A program made the position numbers and the translations under genes. A stretch of DNA of 47,479 bases, the filler included, from Catajapyx aquilonaris (lineage: Eukaryota), in NCBI GenBank assembly GCA_000934665.2. It is 2 parts of 2 records of this genome, joined end to end, with 100 filler letters (N's around TTAATTAATTAA, not from the genome) between each part and the next. Parts side by side here need not be neighbours in the genome. Positions count along the whole stretch, not along the records: positions 23,501 to 47,479 come from JYFJ02005681.1; 1 more part is not named here. The stretch is one strand, 5' to 3'. The notes below the pieces were generated by a model. It worked only from the letters and a program-made list of their open reading frames with translations. It was not told the origin of the DNA and did not search any database. Every line of letters begins with the position of its first letter. Position 1 is the first letter of the stretch. Shown here one piece after another: positions 34,914 through 47,479 of the stretch.

Positions 34914-36482
34914 TCATTGTTGCGCTGCACCTCCCATTCCTTTTCGTTCAGCGTCTTCCGCACCTTTGAACTGCGCCAGTACAATTATGTACGTCGTCAC
35001 CGCCCCTGAAATCTAGACAAATTCATGTCAACAATGAACAAACAAACAGACAAACAAACAGACAATAGACAGACAGACAGTAAACAAGACAGATACACAA
35101 ACAGGGTGGCTGGCAGGCAGATAAAGAAATAAGCAAATATATAAATAAGTAAACAAATACCAAGTAAATGTAATAAATACCCATGTAATTAAGTAATTAA
35201 TTAATTAATAATCTTACTGCTGTTAGAAGACTGCGGTTAATGGCGAAGAAGTTGGCCGCTGTTATTTGTACTGGTGGACAGCTCATCTTTTGTATTAATC
35301 CTGTAATCTGCTTGTTGAGAACATTTTTATAGTTAATTACTGCTCGTTAGTAATAAAGTTTAATGTAGTTTTCAAGTTGACCTGAGCTTCGCAGATTTGC
35401 GATTTCTCCAATGCTTGTACTTTGATGACGTCCTTCAAGGAGGTGGTGGCCTGCAGTTAATGACTTGTGGTTAAAGTTAATTACTTATTAATTTAAAATT
35501 GGAACTAAATGTTAATATTAGAATCCTGGATAACTATACTGACGTGCTCAGGTATTGCTCCGAGGATGACGGTGAACCCACCGATGGCCACCATTTCGCA
35601 GATGACGATGACGGCGCTGAACCTGTTCGGTATCCCGCCATCCTCCTGACCTTCGAACCCGAAGAGAATCACGTTGAACACCGTGTTGGTCACCGTCACC
35701 ACCACGACCAGGTACAGGATGACCAGAGGGACGCCGTACACCCTCGACATGTCCTCGACCAGGTCCAAGCTGCACCACATCTTCTGAAGCAAGGTCTGCA
35801 GCTGGTGCTTGACCTGAGCTGACCCTTGACCCGAGCAGAGTCCGTCGCACACCTGGGTTATGTCCCTGTTGGTGTCCTTCAGCACCTGACAGAGCGCCAG
35901 GGACACGAAGGCTATCTGTGTCAGGAGTACGTACACGGGCATCGCGCAGTGTCCGATGACCAGTATGTACACGATGGACAGTGCGTCTCGACGTGCATCG
36001 GACGCGATCGTGTCCGAAATGGGATGCAGCATCCTCATCAGGATCATCGTTGACCCTGCCATGACAAGACAAACGGCGTGTCTTCGCAGCCCGCATTCGT
36101 CCACGTCCTGAAGGTCCAGTATGATCCGCCATACCTTGCGCCGTTTGGTCTGCATCAGTGCGAAGAGCAGCCAGGTACAGGCCATGTTCACTACGATGTC
36201 CGTAGCGGCCGATGCCCTTTGGGTGGACCCCATCTGGGACATCCCTTGCAGCTGCGGAGGGAGGCTGCAGCTGAAGAGGGACACCGTCGCTGTCAGAAGC
36301 AGGACGTGGACAAGCACGGGCCAGCGCCTGAACCACCGGTGTTTCCTCAGGTCGTCTTGTCCTGTTGGAAACGGGTACTCCAACAGACCTCCGAACACGC
36401 TGAACATCCCCACTGGTCTGAACGCGGTCCAGAACCTCGGCTTGGTCTCCGTCACTATTGTGTTCTTGATCGCGGGGGTCAT
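34914..36482 (-). CDS. Gustatory receptor (7TM chemoreceptor) paralog A
   Basis: Long first exon 36482-35544 plus three short phase-0 exons 35450-35382, 35307-35218, 35012-34914, which is typical GR structure. ITAANFFAINRSLL and TM7 motif VTTYIIVLAQF (TYhhhhhQF). Confidence 0.92.
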
Positions 36483-36589
36483 GTTTGTTCAGTGTGATAC
36501 CGACACGGTACGGAGGTCGTGACAATAAGTGTCCCGCACGACCTGCCAAAGAAATGAAAACTGGAGGATGAGACCACGCTTTTGAATAG

Positions 36590-36972
36590 CCCGCCTATAC
36601 ACGTATCGATATTCAATTTTGTTACTTATCGATATTCAATTTTGCTACTTATCGATATATCGATATTACAGTTTGCTGCATGTCGATATATCGATTTGCA
36701 AGTTTGCTGCATGTCGATATATCGATTTGCAAGTTTGCTACATATCGATGTATCTATAATCTATTCAATTTTGCCACGTATCGATATGTCGATATTCCAG
36801 TTTGCTGCTTGTCGATGTATCGATATTCCGACAGTTTCCTGCATGTCGATGTATCTACAGTATCGAGTTTGCTACATGTCGATATATCGATATACAAGTT
36901 TGCTGCATATCGATGTATCTACAATTTATGCAATTTTTTGCCACGTATCGATATATCGATATTCGTGGGTGG
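36590..36972. repeat. ATCGATA-rich tandem array upstream of GR paralog A
   Basis: Repeated agtttgct.catgtcgatatatcgat units. Confidence 0.85.
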
Positions 36973-37044
36973 CTTCGGGATGACGTCATGGGTCGCAACT
37001 TCTCCCCCCTTTCTCCCAATTCACGCGACAAACTTCATAATTTC

Positions 37045-37290
37045 CACTTATAAAATAAATATGTAAGTAAATATAAGTAAATAAATATGTAAGAATAAAC
37101 ATGTAAAAATAAATATGTAAGTAAATATAAGTAAATATGTAAAAATAAATATAAGTAAATATGTAAAAAATAAATATAAGTAAATATGTAAAAAATAAAT
37201 ATAAGTAAATATGTAAAAATAAATAAGGTTAGCAAATATGTAAAAACATATACCCATAATTAAATATGTAAAAATAAATGGATAACTCAA
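37045..37290. repeat. AT-rich minisatellite (taaatatgtaaaaa / taaatataag)
   Basis: Visible directly in the sequence. Confidence 0.85.
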
Positions 37291-38328
37291 ATAATTATTA
37301 AATTATTAAATGTGTAAATAAACATAACAAGTATAAGTGCATATGTACAGTAATTAAATAGGAAAATGAACGTGCACAGAAATAAACATGTGTACGTAAA
37401 TAAATAAGTAAACAGTAAATATAAAAACGATTAAAAAAATTTAAAAATTAATTAAATAACGAATTATAAATAAATTAAGCATATAAAATAAGTAGCGTAA
37501 TAGACTTAAAATAATTAAATTACATATACGTAAAATTAACTAAATAAATTAATTGAATAATACCAAGTGCGTGCATTAATTAAATGCAATAAAGATAAAA
37601 ATAATTGTAAATTAATATAAATAAAATGACTACTTAAAACAATATAAATATTGAATACGTATTCATTGATTCCATGAATAAATATAAATTAATGAATATA
37701 ATTAATATCACTTACCTGAAATAATTAATATGTCCTGTTAGTCCTCACCACAAATAGGTTTCCTTCATGATCGACAGAACATAATAATAAGGATATAAGG
37801 AATATAAGGATATAATAAGGATTAACTTCTAATAAGATGCGATTTTTACCATGACATTTTTCTATTTTCTCTGGAGCAACTGAGTATGAAAAATACGTTT
37901 AACCGTCGCGTCGTCTGTGTTTTTCGTTTTTGAAAGGGATTGAACGACTGTGAGGAGTGTTGCTTGAGAAACGGGGGCAAAACACATCGATTGCCCAAAA
38001 TACTCCTGGGGGTTTAAATGAGGTACGATTTACGTTTATACATTGTTAATTGAGATTGGGTAACACGTCGTGTCAAAACGACATACTTTTGCACGACATC
38101 TGATGTATGTGTAACATATAGATGACTGTAATGCGCAGCAGCAAAAACCTAAGCAGGTCAATGTAATAATTGCAGAACGTTATTTAATAAACACACAATT
38201 TATACATAACGCATAAGCATGGCATAAGTACGTTACATAATTTGTAGTGGTGTACGTAACAGTCGACAAAAATAATAATTATTACAAATTAATATTTAAC
38301 ATATGAATCATTACTTAATTAATATTAA

Positions 38329-40704
38329 TTAATGGCCTGTTGTGTTGTGCGCCCTGCGTCCGTCTTCAGCTCCCTTGAATTGCGCCAAGACAATAATGTA
38401 CGTGGTAACAGCTCCTGAAATCTGAAATTAGTATTTTAATTTTATTTATTATCATTGTCATCATCATCATCATCATCATCACTTTTATTATTTTTATTTT
38501 TATTATCAGCAGCAGGAGCATCATCATGAAACCAAGGAGCGTAGGCCTACATAAGAGGCGCAAACTTCGGTCAGCGCCATTGATTTCCCCGTCTCTCTGT
38601 TTGGGGCCGTTGTCTAGGCTGGCGGCCATCTTGAAGTGTGGGCAACGCCAACGAGGTATAAATAGGGTACAGGCAAAAATAGGGTCCGCCATCTTTGATG
38701 ATTTTGGCGGCCATGGCAACTACACGGCAAGAACACGCGCGAATCAAAGATGGCGGACCCTATTTTTGCCTGTACTCTATTTATACCTCGTTGGCGTTGC
38801 CCACACTTCAAAATGGCCGCCAGCCTTGGCAACGCCCCAAACAGAGAGACGCGGAAATTGAATGTTTGCGCCTCTTATGTAGTATATGCTCCCTGATGAA
38901 ACTACTACTACTACTACTACTTACTTTAGTCAGCAAGCTCCTGTTAATGGCGAAAAAGTTTGCAGCGGTGATTTGCACCGGAGGACAGCTCATTTTTCGG
39001 ATGAGCCCTGCGATCTTGCAGTTGAAATTTTTTTATTTGCAACATAATTTATTATTAAAAATTATATAACATTTTTAAAAAATGATTTGTTGATATTTTC
39101 GTGACGTTACCTGCGCGTCGCAGCCGTGACACCTTTCCAAAGCTCGAACTTTGATGAGATCTTTCAACGACGTGGTTGCCTGCATTCGAAAGTATTTAGT
39201 GATTGATTGATTGATTGATTGATCAAACTGTGACTCTGCGATTCTATTTGAATTTTGGGCATCAGGAATACTTACATGTTCGGGTATGTCTCCCAGGACA
39301 ACGGTGAACCCAGCGATGGCTGCGATCTCAAAGACCACGATGAAAGAGCTGAACCAGTTCTGAATCGCGTCCTGAGTCTGAAGCCCAGCTAGGATCACGT
39401 TGAATATCGTGTTGGTCACTGTCACGACCACGACCAGGTAGGCCAGGACCATTGGGGTCCCGTACACTTCGGACATCTCCTCCACCAGCTCCAGCCCCTG
39501 CCACATCTTCCTCAGAAGCTGCTGCAACCTGGGCTTGACCTCCTGACCTCTCATGGGTCCAGCTGATGAGGATAGCAGCTGGTCGCACACACGGCTGATG
39601 TCCCGGTTGATCTCCCTCAGGACCTGGCACAGGACAACGGCCAGGAATGCCACCTAATAACGCATCATATCTATTCATCTTAGTGATGACTCACCCCGGA
39701 CACTGGAATTTGACTTTTGGCTGGTATTTCGGGGATCCGGACTTTTCGCCCCCGCTGTTTCGCCCCCGGACTTTTAGCCCCTGACATATTGGCCCCAGCG
39801 ACAATATATTTCGCTCCGGCGTATTCGCTTATGTGACAATTTCGCCCCGGACTTTTAGCCCCTGACATATTGGCCCCCGCGACAATTTCGCTCCGGCGTA
39901 TTCGCCCATGTGACAATTTCGCCCCGGACATATTGGCCCCCGCGACAATTTCGCCCAGGAGTATTCGCCCCCGTGGCATATTCGTGGTGGTAGGCAAAGC
40001 CACAATAACGTTCGTTGACCTGCGGCGCCACAAGTAAATGTTGCTTAAAATCTGGCCCTCATTTAGAGGGACTATCAAATGTTAAGCTGATAAGAACTGT
40101 GTATGTGTAATATGTACGGTACCTGTGCGAGAAAGACGTAGACGGGCAGTGCGCAGTGTCCGATGACGAAGATGTATACGATGGACAGGACGTCCCTCCT
40201 GTCCTGGGATCCAATGGCGTCCGAAACGGGGTGCATGGCCCTCATCAGAGTCATGAACGCGCCCGAGACGACCAGGAGGACAGCTCTTCTCCTGAGTCTG
40301 GCCTGGTCCATCGAGACGTCCATGTCCTCCAGGGCAAACACGATCCTCCAGACCTGGCTAGTCTTGGTCTGCATCAGGACGAACACCACCCAGGCGCAAC
40401 CCATGTTCATCACCAGGTCTGTCCCGGCAGACGTCTTCTGGGTTGCGCCCAAGGTGGACAGTCCCACCAGCTGAGGAGGAAGCCGGTAGCAGGCGAACAG
40501 GACAGCGAAGGACACCAGCAACGAGATGTGGACCAAAGCAGGCCATCGACACCACCATCTCTTCAGGTCGGCCGGGTCAGAGGGCAAAGGGTACTGAAGG
40601 AACCCACCAAACACACTGAAGGCGGACACTGGCTGAAGCGACCACCTCAATGATGATGGACTCTTCTGAAGGACAGGTTGCTGCTGGACAGCCTTTCTGT
40701 ACAT
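38329..40704 (-). CDS. Gustatory receptor paralog B
   Basis: Exons 40704-40123, 39653-39276, 39179-39111, 39014-38925, 38421-38329. Clearly homologous to paralog A, with the same TTYIIVLAQF motif. Start codon uncertain (in-frame ATGs also at 40767 and 40812). Confidence 0.9.
38536..38892. mobile_element. Palindromic MITE in the last intron of GR paralog B
   Basis: ctacataagaggcgcaaac / gtttgcgcctcttatgtag ends. Arms of about 150 bp are near-perfect reverse complements. Confidence 0.85.
39731..39985. repeat. ttcgcccc-repeat element (transposon-subterminal-like) in GR-B intron 1
   Basis: About 15 nt periodic units gaca.tt.gcccc. Confidence 0.75.
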
Positions 40705-41084
40705 GGTAATGGCGATTGGTCTGACCCTGAACGTGCCAGGGCTGTTTGAAGGAGTGTCTTTCAACATCACAACTGTCAATAGACCTGTCACCAAACTTTG
40801 AATTCCATACATAGGGAAACGGATGATCAATAGTCATTCCTCATAGTCTATCAGGCAGGAGTTTGAGCCTTTGTTAGCACCTGGACTATCATATTGATCC
40901 ATCATATGCCATTATGCTATAAAATTCATAGGTGCGCACTTAGCAGTATGGCAATTCATATAGAGCACTTTGCAATGATTGGCTTGGAAGTGTGTGCTAT
41001 AGCCACAACAGTTGGACTGTCCGATATTTTCCTGACATATTTATTGAAAAAAATGGTATGTCGATATGAAGACAATGCAGTGAG

Positions 41085-44000
41085 TCATGGAATCCAGGGA
41101 TACATAGGATCAGTTCTGGAATCACCTGTACATAACTCAACAACAAAGACACAAAAAGCGCAACAACCACCGACCAACCATAGCCAAAAGACTGAGGACA
41201 ACTTGTCCATGTTCAGGAGACTGTCCGACTCAAGTGTCCCACCGAAGTGTCTCCTTTCCTGGAAGTAATTCCTCAAGAAGTTCCTGTAGTTGACTGCTCT
41301 TTCTATATGGGAAAACAGGCTTGCTTCGTACACCCACAGTGTCTCCTGGTTTATCCCTGGGAAGGCGACCTCGTCCCGTCCGAAGCATGGTCCGGTGTTG
41401 ACCACCAGTTCCGTCTGGGGGGACAGGACCAGTCTGGACACTCCTCTTTGGTCCAGGAAGTAATCGATGTTCTTCCGGTACAAGAAGTCCACTATGATGC
41501 AGGCGAAGTCCTGGACCTCGGTCAGCTCCAGACAGTTTCGAGTTACCTGTACCGGTAGAAAAATGGTAGCGTCCCATTTAAGTAGACGGGACAGTGTCAC
41601 GTCCCATTTAAGTAGACGGGACATGTCCCCATGTCACTCACTTGAATGATGGCCGAGTTGGACATCAGGTCTCGCAGATGCGGCGACTCGATGTCCCTGA
41701 TCATGAGTGCCATCGCAACAGACACGATGTACGGCAGTCCGGTGTTCATGTCCGACTCGTACAGTTCATTGAAGCTGACCGGCAGGTTCTCGCCGGGCGG
41801 AAACGTGATGAAGGACACCAGCTTGGTCTTGTACGAGCAGACCACCACCAGGAAGAACACGAACAGATGCGCGTGCAGGACCTGAACCGCGTTGTCCTCT
41901 CCGACCCGTACAGACTGCTCCACGAACTCGCCCAGCATGTACTTGAGGTTCTTCATCATCAGACGGACCATTGTGCCGGTACGCAGACTGTAACAGTGCA
42001 TTTCAAGTGCCGACAGTGCACCGGCTGACACCAACAATGCGACGGACAACGTGGCCCACATGCCCACGCTAAACGGCTGGAAGATGACATACCACTTGAC
42101 GCACATCCGTGGTCTTCTGGTCGCAAACGTGAACCTGAACCAAAAATAAATTGATACTACTTGTACTACAGTTAGTGCAGTGGTTTTCCAGTCAACACAG
42201 ATGCACCCCATGGGCACACGCAGCTGATTATGAATTTGCGATTATAGTTATTAGTTATTATTATTTTATTACTCATTAGTCATTACCTATTACAGGGGTA
42301 TTCAACTAGTTTCTGACAAGGTCCAGTATTTACCTTTCCTGGGCCATTGAAGGTCCGGACCTATAGATTTTATATGGCACCACAGGGTTCATATTCGAAA
42401 ATAGAATCATGTGCTGTCAGGACCCTTGACCTAACCCCTGACCTAGCCAGGTCGCAGGATGTGGGAATAAGAGTCCGGTAGGAGGTTAAATCAGTGTATT
42501 GCTGGAGTGAACAGATGACAGGAGAGAGCCCCTGGCAGGAAGCCCCCCCTGCCTTATACTATAGTGTACAACGTTCCCGCCACCAGGCGGCACTCCAATC
42601 AGTCAGGGGGATAGATAAATGTCGGACCACGTGGACCCGACAGTGCAGCAAGGGTAGAAGGGCCTATCAAGTCAGGGGATAAATTAAGACATTTTCGCCC
42701 TTCATGATGCCCTGTATACAGGGGCGTAGGCAGAAGAATTTCGGAGGGGGGCCCGTTTCGTAAGCACAAGGTGAACAAGCCGTAAAGGGCGGGGAACGAG
42801 CCCGCCGCAGGCGAAATTTTTGGGAGGTTCCAGGTCACACGAGCTTAGGTGGGATGCGGGAGATTTGAATAGGTGTGTATTTGATGAAATTGGTAGCACT
42901 TTTTCCCAAAAAAAAAATCATGAATTAGTAATTTATCATGCTATTTCATACTGTCCTGTATATTGTCGCGGTCCGGATCCGGATCGCGGGCCGCCAGTTG
43001 AATATCCCTGACCTATTACTTATGAATTATTGACTTCATTAGTTATGAATTATTGACTTCATTAGTTATTACTAGTTATTGACTTCATTAGTTATTACTA
43101 GTTATTGACTTCATTAGTTATTACTAGTTATTGACTTCATTAGTTATTACTAGTTATTGACTTCATTAGTTATTACTAGTTATTGACTTCATTAGTTATT
43201 ACTAGTTATTGACTTCATTAGTTATGAATTATTAGTTATTACTCGTTATTTTAGTTATGAATTATTAGTTATTACTCGTTATTTTAGTTATGAATTATTA
43301 GTTATTACTCGTTATTATAGTTATGAATTATTAGTTATTACTCGTTATTTTAGTTACGAATTATTAGTTATTACTAGTTATTTTAGTTATGAAATATTAG
43401 CTGTGATATCTTATTAGCTATTAATTGTTATCAGTCATTATTAGTTATTTTAGTTGTGAAATATTAGTTATTAGACAGTTATTCGTTGTTATCATTTATT
43501 ATTGGTTATTAATTATGATTTGTTAATAATAATAATAAGTTATTAATTATGATTAGTTAATAATAATAAGTTATTAATTATGATTAGTTAATAATAAGTT
43601 ATTAATTACGATTTGTTAATAATAATGATTAGTTATTAATTATGATTAGTTATTAATTATGATAAGTTATTAATTATGATTAGTTATTAATTATGATTAG
43701 TTATTAATTATGATTAGTTATTAATTATTATTAGTTATTAATTATGATTTGTTAATTATTATTAGTTATTAATTATGATTTGTTAATAATAATTAGTTAT
43801 TAATTATGATTTGTTAATTATGATTAGTTATTAATTATGATTTGTTAATTATGATTAGTTATTAATTATGATTTGTTAATAATAATTATTAGTTATTAAT
43901 TGTGATTTGTTAATTATTATTAGTTATTAATTATTGCGGTTATGGTTATTAATTACGATTAGTTACTAATAATTATTAATTATTATGGTTATTGGTTATT

Positions 44001-45491
44001 AATATTATTCAATAATTAATAATAACTAATAACAACAAATAATCACCAAAAGCAAATGATTAATAACAAATAATAATTAATAGTATTAGTGTAGTTATTT
44101 TTATTTTTATGAATATTATTTGTTATTAATCTTATTATTGGTTATTTATTCTTAATTATTCGTTAGGAATTATTTGGTATTAGCAAGAGGTATTAGTAGT
44201 TATTTGTTATTCATTAGTTATGAGTATGACTTATGATTTACATGCACAATGTTTAGTATTATTGGTTATTTGTTATGAATGATGAATAAATTAATAGTTA
44301 TAAGTGTCATGGTCGTGGTACGTGGACAAACAAAGGCAGTTAGACTCGATCCAATATTATTTTGCATGAATGTACTTGCCTGAACGTCATGAGAGGGTGC
44401 GACAATGCCAGTGTCTTATGTGCAGTCTCGGTGTACTGTACCATCACGCTGGAGTAGTACCCTCCGTGTATGACCGCTTCCATGACACCGGTCAGACTCC
44501 CGTTCAGGTACGTCTCGACCATCCTGTACGTGTATAATAAGTCGGTTACATTAAGAGGTACGCACGTGCCAGCACGACCTGTTGGCACCTAATAATACCT
44601 GATTTCGGGTACACCGCATCGGACAGTCGCATTGTATTCCTTCTCGACGTACAGCAACATAGCTTCTTCGGACGTCACGTAATCGTCGTTCCGTTGTCGT
44701 CTTCTTGCATCGTCCAGATCAATCTCGTCGGGAAACGCGATCAGCATCTCATGTCCGTTTGTATCTCGCGGTACCTCAGGGTACAGGTACGTCGTGTCCA
44801 TGTTCTCGTACAGGACAGGTGCGTTCACACTGTGCTTCCCAGCATCGCAGTAAAAACAGGTGTTGTGTAGCACCAGTCGCGCATCGTTGTAGTGCGATAC
44901 CAGTTTGAACCGAACACCTTTCAGCGGGTGTTGCAACAACAGTGGTCCGGATGCACCGTCGTACACATGCAGGTAAAACCGGTCCTGCAGGTTACGAACC
45001 GCGAACACACTCGCGGTGTGCATGATCAGCTCCGGTACACCGGACACATTCCTGGACAGGAACAGGACAAACGCGCAGGATCCCCCCGGCCACAGCACGG
45101 ACCTGATCTCCGGAGGTTGTGTCCTGAAGGAGAAGAGATGCTCCCGTCTCCATATCCAAGGGTGATTTCGATGGTCGAATGTGAACCGGTACATCCGACT
45201 CAGGACCATCGGTCTGTACCTGACCTGGTTCATCGCCAGTACTCCCTGGACAGGTCGGCTCAACTCCGAGTCCGTACCCATACCTAAGGAACACTCGGGG
45301 AAATGAAGCTCCAACAGTTGCTGGACAAGGTGAGACAAAAGGACGTCCTCCTGAGACTCACTCCAATTATTCAACTCCTGCAATTAGGATATTAAGACCG
45401 GACATGTGCATATAACGTTGTACTTGTTTTTTTGACTTACGATTGATTGTCCCGCTGTGCAAAGGCACAGAATGAGCGGAAGCAGCACCAT
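41085..45491 (-). CDS. Divergent ionotropic receptor (IR, iGluR-derived) copy A
   Basis: Exons 45491-45441 (signal peptide), 45377-44599, 44523-44380, 42134-41642, 41546-41085. IR hallmarks: FQPFSVGMW before M1, pore-like LGEFVEQS, VVCSYKTKLVSFITFP (SYTANLAAF-like), and last TM LNMDKLSSVFWLWLVG..VFVVEL. Confidence 0.85.
42293..43010. mobile_element. hAT-type MITE in IR copy A intron 3
   Basis: TIRs caggggtattcaact / agttgaatatccctg, with perfect 8-bp TSD acctatta (42285-42292 / 43011-43018). Confidence 0.9.
43020..43990. repeat. Compound AT-rich minisatellite in IR copy A intron 3
   Basis: ttattgacttcattagttattactag 26-mers, followed by ttattaattatgattag 17-mers. Confidence 0.9.
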
Positions 45492-45751
45492 TTCTGTGTC
45501 CAGTCCGGGCTTGTTTTGATAGCCGTACATATTGCGCAAATCGTGTAATAAAATATGTACGGTGTAATGATACACTTACACCAATTCCCAAGATTAGGCT
45601 ATACTCCAGTACCGTGTTGACATTAATCAGCTTGAAAGGCTAATAAAAATCTAGCAATACATTTATGACATATTTTATTTAGACTGTCCGATATTTTTTC
45701 CCGGAATATATATTGCAAAGTGGTATGTCGATATGAAGACAATGCAGTGAG

Positions 45752-47479
45752 TCATGGAATCCAGGGATACATAGGATCAGTTCTGGAATCACCTGTACAT
45801 AACTCAACAACAAAGACACAAAAAGCGCAACAACCACCGACCAACCATAGCCAAAAGACTGAGGACAACTTGTCCATGTTCAGCAGACTGTCCGACTCAA
45901 GTGTCCCACCGAATTGTCTCCTTGTCTGGAAGTAATTCCTCAAGAAGTTCCTGTAGTTGACTCCTCTTTCCATCTGGGAAAACACGCTTGCTTCGAACAT
46001 CCAGATGTCGTCCCGGTGTATTCCGGGGAAGGCGACCTCGTCCCGTCCGAAGCATGATCCGGTGTTGTACACCAGTTCCGTCTGGGGGGACAGGACCAGT
46101 CTGGACACTCCTGTTTGGTCCAGGAAGTAATCGATGTTCTTCCGGTACAAGTAGTCCAGTATGATGCAGGCGAAGTCCTGGACCTCGGTCAGCTCCAGGC
46201 AGTTTCGAGTTACCTGTACCGGTAGAAAAATGGTAGCGTCCCATTTAAGTAGACGGGACAGTGTCACGTCCCATTTAAGTAGACGGGACATGTCCCCATG
46301 TCACTCACTTGAATGATGGCCGAGTTGGACATCAGGTCTCGCAGATGCGGCGACTCGATGTCCCTGATCATGAGTGCCATCGCAACAGACACGATGTACG
46401 GCAGTCCGGTGTTCATGTCCGACTCGTACAGTTCGTTGAAGCTGACCGGGAGTACCTCGCCGGGCGGAAACGTGATGAAGGACACCAGCTTGGTCTTGTA
46501 CAAGCAGACCACCACCAGGAAGAACACGAACAGATGAGCGTGCAGGACCTGAACCGCGTTGTCCTCTCCGACCCGTACAGACAGCTCCACGAACTCGGCC
46601 AGCATGTACTTCACGTTCTTCAGCATCAGACGGACCATTGTGCCGGTACGCAGGTGCATTTCAAGTGCCGACAGTGCACCGGCTGACACCAACAATGCGA
46701 CGGACAACGTGGCCCACATACCCACACTAAACGGCTGGAAGATGACGTACCACTTGACGGACATCCGTGGTCTTCTGGTCGCAAACGTGAACCTGAACCA
46801 AAAATAAATTAATACATGTACTTGTTAGTGAAACCCCGTAGTACCAGATTCCCCACACAGATGTACGTCATGGGCAAAAAGACAGAAAAAAATATATAGT
46901 TAGTAGTTATAAGTTATTAATAATCATAGTTATAAGTACTTATATCCACATTTTCCATGCAATTATTTCCCTTTACTTGCCTGAACGTCATGAAAGGGTA
47001 CGACAATGCCAATGCGTTATGTGAAGTCTCGGTGTACTGTACTATCACGCTGGAGTAGTACCCTCTGTGTATGACCGCTTCCATGATACCGGTCAGACTT
47101 CCGTTCGGGTATGTCTCGACCATCCTGTACGTGTATAATAAGCCGGTTACATTACGAGGTACGCACGTGTGTTAGCACCTGTACCTGTATTCGGGTACGG
47201 CGCATAGGACAGTCGCATTGTACTCCTTCTCGATGTACAGCAACGCTGTTTCTTCAGTCGTCACGTAATCGTCGTTCCGTTGTCGTCTTCTTGCATCGTC
47301 CAGATCAATCTCGTCGGGAAACGCGATCAGCATCTCATGTCCGTTTGTGTCTCGCGGTACCTCAGGGTACAGGTACGTCGTGTCCATGTTCTCGTACGGG
47401 ACAGGTACGTTCACACTGTGCTTCCCAGCATCGCAGTAAAAACAGGTGTTGTGTAGCACCAGTCGCGCATCGTTGTAGT
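45752..47479 (-). CDS. Divergent ionotropic receptor copy B (5'-truncated by window end)
   Basis: Exons >47479-47185, 47124-46981, 46792-46309, 46213-45752. Near-identical to copy A with an intact frame (one in-frame 9-nt indel). Confidence 0.85.

Noticed and set aside
35548..36549. 333-aa overlapping ORF and many antisense ORFs over the GR, IR, GT92 and PTIP genes
   Set aside because: Shadow frames of GC3-rich coding exons with no recognisable motifs.
39680..40078. 132-aa ORF with AGANMSGAK repeats
   Set aside because: Artefact of the ttcgcccc repeat within GR-B intron 1.

Overview
Eukaryotic, intron-containing arthropod (probably pancrustacean) genomic DNA, split at 23401-23500 by an artificial N-spacer, so the two halves may not be truly adjacent. 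Left half: one minus-strand hnRNP A/B-family gene (Hrb98DE/Hrb87F/hnRNP A1-like, about 429 aa). Its introns and 3' flank are packed with palindromic MITEs and three tRNA-derived SINEs that share a 3' tail. Right half is compact: PTIP/PAXIP1 (+, probably 5'-partial), BUD23 (-) head-to-head with GNL1 (+), an intronless GT92 glycosyltransferase (-), then a minus-strand chemosensory array of two gustatory receptors and two recently duplicated divergent ionotropic receptors (the second truncated by the window edge). The most interesting signal is a candidate splicing autoregulation cassette in the hnRNP gene: a UAGG(G)-dense intron with twin cryptic GTGAGT donors and an immediate PTC, plus a 3'UTR intron and a hairpin-sequestered 5'UTR micro-exon. 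Other highlights are GC-AG introns, an intron present in only one GR paralog, and ligand-domain-focused divergence between otherwise near-identical IR copies. All gene models were built by eye from splice consensus and reading phase; no database search was run.
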